A stretch of DNA of 64,000 bases from Pseudomonadota bacterium (GTDB lineage Bacteria > Pseudomonadota > Alphaproteobacteria > Micavibrionales > UBA2020), in contig JAJZTA010000002.1 in NCBI GenBank assembly GCA_021849295.1, positions 51,989-115,988 on the forward strand, read 5' to 3'. This document shows positions 19,591 through 27,622 of the stretch, one piece after another. Below the pieces are notes generated by a model. It had not been told where the DNA came from and searched no databases. It saw only the letters and a list, made by a program, of their open reading frames with translations. The first letter of the stretch is position 1. Each line of letters starts with the position of its first letter. Made by a program: the position numbers and the translations under genes.

Positions 19591-20778
19591 TCATCGGTCA
19601 ATCTCCCCGAAAACGATATCCAGCGATCCGATGATCGCCACGACGTCGGCCAGCATGTGGCCGCGGCTCATGAAATCCAGCCCCTGCAGGTGCGCGAAGC
19701 CGGGCGCGCGGATGTGGCAGCGGTAGGGCTTGTTGCTGCCGTCCGCCACCAGATAGACGCCGAATTCGCCCTTCGGCGCCTCGACGACGGAATAGGTTTC
19801 GCCCGCGGGCACGTGATAACCCTCGGTATAAAGCTTGAAGTGGTGGATCAGCGCTTCCATCGAGTTTTTCATGTCGGCGCGGCGCGGCGGAGAAATCTTG
19901 TGGTCGTCCGTCAGCACGAGGCCTTCCGGCATTTGCTCGATCGCCTGCTCCATGATGCGGCAGGACTGGCGCATTTCCTCCATCCGCACGAGGTAGCGCG
20001 CGTAGCAGTCGCCGGTTTTGCCCACCGGCACGTCGAAGTCCATCTTGTCATACACGTCGTAGGGCTGCGACTTGCGCAAGTCCCACGCCACGCCGGAAGC
20101 GCGCAGCATCGGGCCGGAGAAGCTCCAATCCAGCGCTTCTTCTTTGGTGACGATGCCGATGTCGACCATGCGCTGCTTGAAGATGCGGTTTTCGGTCAGC
20201 AGGGTCTCGGTGTCGTCGACGAAATGCTTGAAGTTCTCGACGAACTTCGCCATGTCCTCCAGCAAACCGTCCGGCAAGTCCTGATGGACGCCGCCGGGGC
20301 GGAAATAGTTGGCGTGCAGGCGCGCGCCGCAGACGCGCTCGTAAAATTCCATCATCCGCTCGCGCTCTTCGAAACCCCACAGCGCGGGGGTGATGCCGCC
20401 GATGTCGAGCACGCCGGTGGTGATGCTGAGGACGTGGTTCAAGAGACGCCCCAGTTCCGCGAACAGCACGCGGATATATTGCGCGCGGAGCGGCGCTTCG
20501 ATCCTGAGCAGTTTTTCAACCGCCAAGGCGAAAGCATGTTCCTGATTCATCGTGCCGACATAGTCGAGACGGTCGAAATACGGGATGGCCTGCAGGTAGG
20601 TCTTGTTCTCGATCAGCTTTTCGGTGCCGCGGTGCAAAAGGCCGATGTGCGGGTCGGCGCGCTCGATCACCTCGCCGTCCATTTCGAGGATGAGGCGCAG
20701 AACGCCGTGCGCCGCGGGGTGCTGCGGACCGAGGTTGATCGTATAAGTGTTTTTCTTTTCGGGGATGATGTCGGTCAT
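19591..20778 (-). CDS. nuoD: NADH-quinone oxidoreductase subunit D (49-kDa)
   Basis: 395 aa ([26 protein letters not shown]). Separate from nuoC, not fused. Confidence 0.93.
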   Translation of the reverse strand: MTDIIPEKKNTYTINLGPQHPAAHGVLRLILEMDGEVIERADPHIGLLHRGTEKLIENKTYLQAIPYFDRLDYVGTMNQEHAFALAVEKLLRIEAPLRAQYIRVLFAELGRLLNHVLSITTGVLDIGGITPALWGFEERERMMEFYERVCGARLHANYFRPGGVHQDLPDGLLEDMAKFVENFKHFVDDTETLLTENRIFKQRMVDIGIVTKEEALDWSFSGPMLRASGVAWDLRKSQPYDVYDKMDFDVPVGKTGDCYARYLVRMEEMRQSCRIMEQAIEQMPEGLVLTDDHKISPPRRADMKNSMEALIHHFKLYTEGYHVPAGETYSVVEAPKGEFGVYLVADGSNKPYRCHIRAPGFAHLQGLDFMSRGHMLADVVAIIGSLDIVFGEIDR

Positions 20779-21434
20779 TTCACGCCCACTTTCTGCTTCA
20801 CGGCCTTCTCATCGCCCGGAAGCTGCACGGTCGTCATGCCTTCCCACGGGCTGATGAAGTCGAAATTGCGGTAGTCCTGCGTGAGTTCCACCGGCTCCTG
20901 CACGATGCGCTGCTTTTCCTCGTCGTAACGCAGCTCGACGAAGCCGGTCAGCGGGAAGTCTTTGCGCAACGGATGGCCTTCGAAGCCGTAGTCGGTGAGG
21001 ATGCGGCGCATGTCGGGGTGGCTCTTGAACGGCACGCCGTAAAGGTCCCATATCTCGCGCTCGTACCAGCCCGCGCCGCTGTAAAGATCGGTCACGCTGT
21101 CGACGGTCTGGTCCTCGCCGACCATCACGATCACGCGGACGCGGTGGTTGTGCGTCAGGCTGAGGAGATTGTAAACGACGTCGAAACGCTCCGCGCGGTC
21201 GGGATAGTCAGCGCCGCTGACGTTCATGAGCTGCTGGCAGGCGCATTTCTCGTTCGTCTTTAAAAAATTGATGAGGTCGTGCAGCGTGTCGCGGCGGATG
21301 GTGATGGCGAGCTCGCCCAGCGCGATGTCCTGCTTGATGATGACCTTGCCGTAGACGGAGGCGATATGCTCGGCCAATACGGCGAGTTTGCCCGTCGCCT
21401 TGTTTTCGGCGCTGTTCTCGTTCGCTTCGGTCAT
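20775..21434 (-). CDS. nuoC: NADH-quinone oxidoreductase subunit C (30-kDa)
   Basis: Track ORF 20775..21830 trimmed to the internal ATG at 21434 ([23 protein letters not shown]...). This forms an ATGA overlap with the nuoB stop. The upstream 132 codons are Arg-rich read-through across nuoB. Confidence 0.88.
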   Translation of the reverse strand: MTEANENSAENKATGKLAVLAEHIASVYGKVIIKQDIALGELAITIRRDTLHDLINFLKTNEKCACQQLMNVSGADYPDRAERFDVVYNLLSLTHNHRVRVIVMVGEDQTVDSVTDLYSGAGWYEREIWDLYGVPFKSHPDMRRILTDYGFEGHPLRKDFPLTGFVELRYDEEKQRIVQEPVELTQDYRNFDFISPWEGMTTVQLPGDEKAVKQKVGVK

Positions 21435-21955
21435 GTGCGCATCAGCCTTCTCTCGCCGCGCTGGATTTTCTTTTGCAGTTGCAGAATGCCGTAGACCAGC
21501 GCCTCGGCGGTCGGCGGGCAGCCGGGCACATATATGTCGACGGGCACGATGCGGTCGCAGCCGCGCACCACGGAATAGGAATAATGATAATAGCCGCCGC
21601 CGTTGGCGCAGGAGCCCATCGAGATGACCCAGCGCGGCTCGGCCATCTGGTCGTAGACCTTGCGGAGCGCGGGCGCCATCTTGTTGGTCAGCGTGCCGGC
21701 GACGATCATCACGTCCGACTGGCGCGGGCTGGGGCGCGGAATGACGCCGAAGCGGTCGAGATCGTAGCGGCTCATGTAGGCGTGGATCATTTCGACGGCG
21801 CAACAAGCGAGGCCGAAGGTCATCGGCCACATCGAGCCCGCGCGCGCCCAGTTGAACAGGTCGTCGGCCTTGGCGACAAGGAAGCCTTTGTCCTTGATCT
21901 CCTCCGGTGGCGCCTGCACCGTCTTCGGCAATTGCGTGATGTTGTATTTTTCCAT
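21431..21955 (-). CDS. nuoB: NADH-quinone oxidoreductase subunit B (20-kDa, cluster N2)
   Basis: [19 protein letters not shown] and VPGCPPT motifs. Confidence 0.93.
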   Translation of the reverse strand: MEKYNITQLPKTVQAPPEEIKDKGFLVAKADDLFNWARAGSMWPMTFGLACCAVEMIHAYMSRYDLDRFGVIPRPSPRQSDVMIVAGTLTNKMAPALRKVYDQMAEPRWVISMGSCANGGGYYHYSYSVVRGCDRIVPVDIYVPGCPPTAEALVYGILQLQKKIQRGERRLMRT

Positions 21956-21974
21956 TATTTATTCCCGGTACCTT

Positions 21975-22361
21975 TTATTCCCAGTCCAGCGCGCCTTTGC
22001 GCCATTCATATATAAAGCCGACCGTCAGCACGCCCAGAAACGCCACCATCGACCAGAAGCCGAATACGCCGGTCTTGCCGAGCGAGATCGCCCACGGGAA
22101 CAGGAACGCGATTTCAAGGTCGAAGATGATGAACAGGATGGAGACAAGATAAAACCGCACGTCGAACTTCGCGCGCGCGTCGCCGAACGGTGGGAAGCCG
22201 CATTCGTAGGCGGAGTCTTTTTCGCCGTAGGGTTTTTGTTTCGAGACGAGCCATGAGGCCGCCACCATGAAGATCGCCAGACCAACGGCGATGCCGAGGA
22301 AAACGACGATCGGAAAATATTGCGCCAAAAGTTGTGTGGCCATAGGGATAAAGCCTTTCAC
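21975..22361 (-). CDS. nuoA: NADH-quinone oxidoreductase subunit A
   Basis: 3-TM protein ([16 protein letters not shown]). The track start at 22361 is GTG; an alternative ATG lies at 22343 (MATQLL...). Confidence 0.9.
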   Translation of the reverse strand: MKGFIPMATQLLAQYFPIVVFLGIAVGLAIFMVAASWLVSKQKPYGEKDSAYECGFPPFGDARAKFDVRFYLVSILFIIFDLEIAFLFPWAISLGKTGVFGFWSMVAFLGVLTVGFIYEWRKGALDWE

Positions 22362-22492
22362 GGGGAAGGACGGAATCGTGACGATCAGGAATCGTTAGGA
22401 AACAATATTGCCGATTTAAAGGCCTACGTCAAATAGCTTTATGTTTGAAATGTATAGACTTTTTGAGTCCAGAATGAGAACCGGATCAATAA

Positions 22493-22569
22493 TGGCGCGA
22501 GTGAAGGGACTTGAACCCTCGGCCTCCTGCGTGACAGGCAGGCGCTCTAACCAGCTGAGCTACACCCGC
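22493..22569 (-). tRNA. tRNA-Asp (anticodon GTC)
   Basis: Reverse complement GCGGGTGTAGCTCAGCTGGTTAGAGCGCCTGCCTGTCACGCAGGAGGCCGAGGGTTCAAGTCCCTTCACTCGCGCCA. Cloverleaf checked by hand, anticodon loop CTGTCAC, CCA encoded. Confidence 0.92.
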
Positions 22570-22716
22570 TAATCATTATTGCGGCTCTTGTTATGACGAA
22601 ATTTTATCATTCCGTCAATCGGTAAATGAGAACTTGTCAAAAATTCCAGAATACGGAATTTCTCCCGTGAAATTATATACTTGTCCAATATTCGCTCTTC
22701 TGGCATCGTCAAAGGC

Positions 22717-23091
22717 ATGAAGAAGACGACAATTGGGGCCATATCCGTTATTTCCTGTTTCGCCGCGCTGGCCGGCCTTTCCGCCTGCGCGCCGCAGACC
22801 ATGCAGAAAACACAGGATTTCTTTAACAATATCCCTATTTTCAGTGATCTGCGCGGCTATGTACCCAAATATACGCCGCCTCCCGCGCCCGCTCCCGCGC
22901 CCGCTCCGGCGCCTGTGGCAGCGCCCGCGCCTGCTGCTGCGCCTGCTCCGGCGCCAATTCCTCTTGCGCCGCCCAAAGCCGCGAAAAAGGCCGACAAGAA
23001 CGACGGCATGATTATTCCGGACATCCGTCCCCTGCCGCCGGCGCGCAAGCTGCCGAAGCATGTGCATGAAGACCTGCTGGACGGTTCGTAA
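22717..23091 (+). CDS. Putative lipoprotein with Pro/Ala-rich low-complexity core
   Basis: MKKTTIGAISVISCFAALAGLSAC has a lipobox-like LSAC. Followed by PPPAPAPAPAPAPVAAPAPAAAPAPAPIPLAPP. The track ORF starts at TTG 22681; I prefer ATG 22717. Confidence 0.6.
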   Translation: MKKTTIGAISVISCFAALAGLSACAPQTMQKTQDFFNNIPIFSDLRGYVPKYTPPPAPAPAPAPAPVAAPAPAAAPAPAPIPLAPPKAAKKADKNDGMIIPDIRPLPPARKLPKHVHEDLLDGS

Positions 23092-23253
23092 TTTATTTTC
23101 ATAACCTATAAACGCGATATTTGCAGCCTTCGGCAATAACCCGCTACGCAATCAGCCTTTTTTTTACTTTTTTTAGATAGTCTGCTGGTAAGGCTCCCTG
23201 TTTTCAGGCAGAGGGCCGCCGCGTCACAACAAGGGAACGCCGCTTCTAAAGAC

Positions 23254-24645
23254 ATGACTCCGTCCATCAAAGCACTCAACTTCTACCGCAACATCAAGGG
23301 CCGCTGGGCGCTGATGCTGTTTTTCTTCAAGTGGGACGCCGACTACCGCAAGGACCTGCTGACCACGATACTGACCTTCGTCGTGCTCATCTACGAGGTC
23401 GTCTCGTGGATGACGATCGCCGACATCATCGCCGCGATGGTCGACGCGGGCATCATCTACATCCAGCTCGGCGGCGACATGACCGTCATCCCCTCGGACT
23501 ACCGCCCTTCGCATGGCGGCGTGCCCTATACGACCGCGCTCAGCCACCACATCGCCTTTCACGAGCTGAGCGTCCCGATGGCCGAGGTGCTGCCCGCGCC
23601 GGTGGAGGACGAACTGGGCTTTTGCAATCCGGTCAACGCGATCAAGACCTGCAAGGAGAGCCCGCTGGTCAGCGACCGCGTCGACGACGCGCTGATGCTG
23701 CGCGAGAAAATGCCGTGGCGCGAGGACAACACGCCGATCAACTTCATCTTCTCGCGGCACCAATTGAGGTATATCGCCATCCGCGTGCTGAACAGGCTGC
23801 AGCACACCACCAACGGCAAGCTGCTGGCCTTTCAGGACATGGCGGACGCGATCGCCGATCCGGAGCGCACCGTCACCCTGCGCAAGGCCTATTATTACGA
23901 CGGGCTGATGACGGTGGAGGCCTTCCGCAGCCGCATCTTCCGCGGCAACCTGCAGCATGAGACGGAGGTCTTCACCGACCTCACCAGCTATTTTCCGGTG
24001 AACCGGGAGATGAAGGACGACGAGAGCTTTTTGCGCTTCCGCCCCGACATGCTGAAGCGCGCCTCGCTGCACATCGGCATCACCAGCCTCCTGCTGACCG
24101 AGAACAACCGCGTCGCCCTGCTCTATCAGGGCTCGACCAAGGCCGTGGGCGCGCACGAGGTCTGCCTCGGCGGCTCGGGCTCGCTCGAATACGCCGACAT
24201 CAAGCGCGCCGGCAACCCCGCCGATTTCCGCGAGCTGGCGGCCTGGGCCATGGCGCGCGAGGTCTGCGAGGAGACCGGCATGATGGAATCGATCGACGAG
24301 GCCTATGCCAACACCATCGTCACGGGCTTCTTCCGCTGGATCGACCGCTGCGGCCTGCCGGAGTTCGTCGGCCTGACGCGCGCCGGCACCGTGCCCTACG
24401 CGCAGGACCGCGCCATCGACGGCGACGAGGTCATCCACTTCGAGGAAGTGCCGATCAACGTCGACGGGCCGGAGGACTTCCCCGCCGTGATGGACTATAT
24501 CCGCACCAACGGCATCTGCGTCTCACTCTCCTCGCTCATGGCGCTGCACCGGATGACGGTGATCGCCGGCTACGGCGCGAAAGACGCCACCGACGAACAG
24601 AAGCAGATCTACCAGCGCGTCTCGAGCTTCATCAAGGGGCGCTAG
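23254..24645 (+). CDS. Hypothetical membrane-anchored protein with divergent Nudix-box C-terminal domain (paralog 1)
   Basis: 463 aa. Hydrophobic aa ~35-72. Conserved unassigned middle region. C-terminal HIGITSLLLTENNRVALLYQGS..CLGGSGSLE-[22 aa]-REVCEETGM (REUxEExGU half of the Nudix box at nt 24256..24282). Confidence 0.75.
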   Translation: MTPSIKALNFYRNIKGRWALMLFFFKWDADYRKDLLTTILTFVVLIYEVVSWMTIADIIAAMVDAGIIYIQLGGDMTVIPSDYRPSHGGVPYTTALSHHIAFHELSVPMAEVLPAPVEDELGFCNPVNAIKTCKESPLVSDRVDDALMLREKMPWREDNTPINFIFSRHQLRYIAIRVLNRLQHTTNGKLLAFQDMADAIADPERTVTLRKAYYYDGLMTVEAFRSRIFRGNLQHETEVFTDLTSYFPVNREMKDDESFLRFRPDMLKRASLHIGITSLLLTENNRVALLYQGSTKAVGAHEVCLGGSGSLEYADIKRAGNPADFRELAAWAMAREVCEETGMMESIDEAYANTIVTGFFRWIDRCGLPEFVGLTRAGTVPYAQDRAIDGDEVIHFEEVPINVDGPEDFPAVMDYIRTNGICVSLSSLMALHRMTVIAGYGAKDATDEQKQIYQRVSSFIKGR

Positions 24646-24648
24646 CCC

Positions 24649-26040
24649 ATGTCCCCGCTCGTCAAACTCCTCAACATCTACCGCAATCTCAAAGGCCGCT
24701 GGGAGCTGCTGGTGTTTTTCTTCAAATGGGACTCCGACTACCGCAAGGACCTCAACACCACCATCCTCACCTTCGGCGTGCTGTTTTACGAGATCTGGGC
24801 CTGGACCACGATCTACGACATCATCGCCGCCATCGTGGACGCGGGCATCATCGCCATCCAGCTCGGCGGCGACCTGACCGTCATTCCGTCCGACTACCGC
24901 CCGTCGCACCGCGGCATCCCCTATACGACGACCGTCAGCACGCACGTCTCGCACGACGAGCTGAGCATCCCGATGGCCGAAATCCTGCCCACGCCGGCGG
25001 AGGACGCGCTGGGCTTTTGCAATCCGGTCAATGCGGTCAAGACCTGCAACGACAGCCCGCTCTCCAGCGACCGCGTCGACGACGCGCTGATGCTGCGCGA
25101 AAAAATGCCGTGGCGCGAGAACGCGGAGCCGATGAGCTTCATCTATTCGCGGCACCAATTGAGGTATATCGCCATCCGCGTCCTCAACAAGCGCCAGCAC
25201 ACGACCAACGGCACGCTGCTGGCCTTTCAGGGCAGCGCCGCCGCGCTGGTGGACGAAACGCAGCCGCTCGCCGTGCGCAAGGCGCGCTATTTCGACAGCC
25301 TGCTGACGATGGAAGCCTTCCGCAGCCGCATCTTCCGCGGCAACCTGCAGCATGAAACCGAAGTCTACACCGACCTCACCACCTATTTTCCCGTGCACAG
25401 GGAGAGAACCGACGGCAGGCACTTCCTGCGCTTCCGGCCGGACTTCGCGACGCGCACCTCGCAGCATATCGGCATCACCAGCCTCCTGCTGACCGAGAAC
25501 AACCGCGTCGCGCTACTCTATCAGGGCTCGACCAACGCCATCGGCGCGAACATGGTCTGCCTCGGCGGCTCGGGCTCGATGTCCTACGCCGACATGGCGC
25601 GCGCGGGATCCCCGGAGGATTTCCGCGACCTGCTCGCCTACAGCATGGCGCGCGAGGTCTGCGAGGAGACCGGCATGAAGAAATGGTTCGACGAGATCCG
25701 CGCCAACACCATCGTCACCGGCTTCTTCCGCTGGATCGACCGCAGCGGCAAGCCGGAATTCATCGGCCTGACGCGCGCGGGCAAAGTGCCCTTCTCGAAA
25801 CAACGCTCCATCGACGGCGACGAGACCGTCCGCTTCGAGGAAGTGCCCGTGCCGGTGAACAGGCCCGAGGACTTCAAGGACGTGCTCGCCTACCTACTCG
25901 AGAACCACATCCACACCGCGCTCTCCTCGCTCATGGCGCTCTACCGGATGACGGTGATCGCGGACTACGGCGCGGAGAGCGCTACGGCGGAACAGAAAAA
26001 AATCTACCGGCGCGTCGCGGATTTTCTCGCCGGTAAATAG
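24649..26040 (+). CDS. Hypothetical membrane-anchored protein with divergent Nudix-box C-terminal domain (paralog 2)
   Basis: 463 aa. About 70% identical to paralog 1 by eye with no indels. Starts 3 nt after the paralog 1 stop. REVCEETGM at nt 25651..25677. Confidence 0.75.
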   Translation: MSPLVKLLNIYRNLKGRWELLVFFFKWDSDYRKDLNTTILTFGVLFYEIWAWTTIYDIIAAIVDAGIIAIQLGGDLTVIPSDYRPSHRGIPYTTTVSTHVSHDELSIPMAEILPTPAEDALGFCNPVNAVKTCNDSPLSSDRVDDALMLREKMPWRENAEPMSFIYSRHQLRYIAIRVLNKRQHTTNGTLLAFQGSAAALVDETQPLAVRKARYFDSLLTMEAFRSRIFRGNLQHETEVYTDLTTYFPVHRERTDGRHFLRFRPDFATRTSQHIGITSLLLTENNRVALLYQGSTNAIGANMVCLGGSGSMSYADMARAGSPEDFRDLLAYSMAREVCEETGMKKWFDEIRANTIVTGFFRWIDRSGKPEFIGLTRAGKVPFSKQRSIDGDETVRFEEVPVPVNRPEDFKDVLAYLLENHIHTALSSLMALYRMTVIADYGAESATAEQKKIYRRVADFLAGK

Positions 26041-26159
26041 CTTATATACCGGACATATTCGTTTCCATATCGCATTTACAAAAACATTGCGCCGCGCGGC
26101 TGATTTTGCTAATTTCCCTATTCATTCAAAATAAAGCCGCACACCAAGAAGGACACCTC

Positions 26160-26954
26160 ATGGGCATTTTCAAAGATTACTTCAAGATCGGCAAGACGGC
26201 GCCGCCGGAGGAATTCCTCAAGACCTACAAAAGCAAGGCGAAGAATACCGATTACAACAACAACGCCAGCGACATGATCGCCGGCGCGCTGAAAGCCTTC
26301 GGCGAAGGCCAGCCCACCAACGTGCAGGCCATCCTCTCCCATGTGCAGGAGCTGGAAAGCTACAACTACAGCAACATGGCCACGCGCGTCCTCAGCCAGC
26401 TGCCCGAAAAATTCGGCGGCAAGGACAAGGACCTCGAAATGGCGCTCGCCGAACTGCCGGAGAAGGACAGAAAGGATTTCCTCAGCAAGGCGCTCTATAC
26501 CGCCGTCAACTACCGCATCGGCGACGACAAGTTCTGCGAGCTGCTGCTGAAGGCGGGCGCGGACGCCAACTACGCCGTCGGCGGACACGCGGGCATCATG
26601 CTCGTGGTCGCCACCTGCAACCAGCAATCCATGAACGTGATCAAGCTGCTGCACGAACACGGCGCGAGCTTCGACGACGCGCTGATGACCATGCACTGCC
26701 AGAACAGAAGGAACGACGACATCGAACGCCTGAAGTTCTTCCAGCAAAAGCTGACCGGCGCCGCGGAGCAAAAGCCCGCCGGGCTGGCCTCGCCCGACCT
26801 GCAGTCGGACGACGTGCGCGTGCTGCTGGCGGAAATCCTCGAGCAGATGAAAGAAATCACCAAACGCCTGCCGCCCCTGCCGGAAGACCAACAGGACGCC
26901 GCGCAGCCGAAGATCAAAAAGCCGGATGTGGGCAAGGGGTATCCGAAGCTGTAA
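26160..26954 (+). CDS. Ankyrin-repeat-containing protein
   Basis: 264 aa from ATG 26160. LYTAVNYRIGDDKFCELLLKAGADANYAVGGHAGIMLVVATCNQQSMNVIKLLHEHGASFDDAL reads as two ANK repeats. No signal peptide. Confidence 0.6.
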   Translation: MGIFKDYFKIGKTAPPEEFLKTYKSKAKNTDYNNNASDMIAGALKAFGEGQPTNVQAILSHVQELESYNYSNMATRVLSQLPEKFGGKDKDLEMALAELPEKDRKDFLSKALYTAVNYRIGDDKFCELLLKAGADANYAVGGHAGIMLVVATCNQQSMNVIKLLHEHGASFDDALMTMHCQNRRNDDIERLKFFQQKLTGAAEQKPAGLASPDLQSDDVRVLLAEILEQMKEITKRLPPLPEDQQDAAQPKIKKPDVGKGYPKL

Positions 26955-26977
26955 ATTCGCAAAGCCTGCGCAGATCA

Positions 26978-27002
26978 AAGCCCGCGCAAACGCGCGGCTT
27001 TC
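26978..27002. terminator. Weak bidirectional hairpin between convergent genes
   Basis: aaagcccgcg-caaa-cgcgcggcttt, about 9 bp with one bulge. Lies between the stops at 26954 (+) and 27006 (-). Poor U-tract. Confidence 0.35.
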
Positions 27003-27005
27003 GTT

Positions 27006-27281
27006 CTATGCCTCAGGTTCGGGTATTTTAGCGAAGGCGCCCTGCCACACCTGAAACATGAGGCTGAAAGCCTTCTGCACCTTGCTCTGGAGTTCCTTGT
27101 CCGCATAGAGCGGCTGATCCAAAAGATGCTCGTCGATCATCTGCAGAATGATATAGGCCGTATGCCCCATCTCGTGATAGAGATCATCCGTCATCGGGGC
27201 TGCTTTTTTCGCCGTTTGTTTTTTGACTGCTTTCTTTTTTGTCGCTGTCTTTTTCGCCGTGCGCGGTTTTGCTTTTGCCAT
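27006..27281 (-). CDS. Small hypothetical protein: Lys/Ala-rich N-terminal tail plus HExxH-containing helical C-terminus
   Basis: MAKAKPRTAKKTATKKKAVKKQTAKKAAPMTDDLYHEMGHTAYIILQMIDEH... HEMGH is a literal HExxH motif. ATG start with a weak RBS. Confidence 0.5.
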   Translation of the reverse strand: MAKAKPRTAKKTATKKKAVKKQTAKKAAPMTDDLYHEMGHTAYIILQMIDEHLLDQPLYADKELQSKVQKAFSLMFQVWQGAFAKIPEPEA

Positions 27282-27333
27282 GGTAGTTTTTGCCCTTTTA
27301 CAAAGCTGATAACGAATATTTAAAAGAAAAAAC

Positions 27334-27409
27334 TGGTGGGCGCTGAGAGACTCGAACTCCCGACATTCTCGGTGTAAACGAGACGCTCTACCAACTGAGC
27401 TAAGCGCCC
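27334..27409 (-). tRNA. tRNA-Val (anticodon TAC)
   Basis: Reverse complement GGGCGCTTAGCTCAGTTGGTAGAGCGTCTCGTTTACACCGAGAATGTCGGGAGTTCGAGTCTCTCAGCGCCCACCA. Anticodon loop TTTACAC. Confidence 0.92.
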
Positions 27410-27440
27410 TTGTCCGTGTGTCAATCTACGCGGAAAAGGA

Positions 27441-27515
27441 TGGTGGGCGGTATAGGAATCGAACCTACGGCCCCACCCGTGTGAAGGGTATGCTCTACCG
27501 CTGAGCTAACCGCCC
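27441..27515 (-). tRNA. tRNA-Val (anticodon CAC)
   Basis: Reverse complement GGGCGGTTAGCTCAGCGGTAGAGCATACCCTTCACACGGGTGGGGCCGTAGGTTCGATTCCTATACCGCCCACCA. Anticodon loop TTCACAC. Confidence 0.92.
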
Positions 27516-27564
27516 GTTAAAACGAAACCCAAGGTATTCAATCCGCCGCTTTCTGTCAAGCCGC

Positions 27565-27602
27565 AAAAAAAAGGCCAACCCCTTGAAGGGCTGGCCTTTT
27601 TT
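27565..27602 (-). terminator. Rho-independent terminator downstream of hup
   Basis: aaaaaaaaggccaacccc-ttga-aggggctggcctttttt. GC-rich stem flanked by A8/T6 runs. Begins 21 nt past the hup stop. Confidence 0.8.
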
Positions 27603-27622
27603 GAAACAGGGAAAAGCTGAGG

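Noticed and set aside
20775-21830. Track ORF implying a 351-aa NuoC.
   Set aside because: The first 132 codons overlap nuoB out of frame and are Arg-rich nonsense. The internal ATG at 21434 gives a normal ~219-aa NuoC with an ATGA stop-start overlap.
22569-23151. Minus-strand ORFs 22569..22829 and 22615..23151, next to tRNA-Asp.
   Set aside because: They overlap the tRNA boundary and are antisense to the lipoprotein gene. Their composition (Arg/Gly repeats mirroring the PA repeat) indicates shadow frames.
23224-25467. Minus-strand ORFs 23224..24438 (404 aa) and 24523..25467 (314 aa), opposite the Nudix-like paralogs. I considered them as an alternative coding assignment.
   Set aside because: Their composition is Ala/Arg/Gly/Asp-dominated with no hydrophobic core. 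The + strand frames show protein-like conservation between the two copies (conservative substitutions, motif blocks). The + strand is therefore the coding strand.
22493-27515. Prophage or integrative element at the tRNA-Asp / tRNA-Val genes.
   Set aside because: No integrase, excisionase, phage structural or transposase-like ORF is present. I could not spot a duplicated tRNA 3' segment by eye. I kept this only as an accessory-islet observation.
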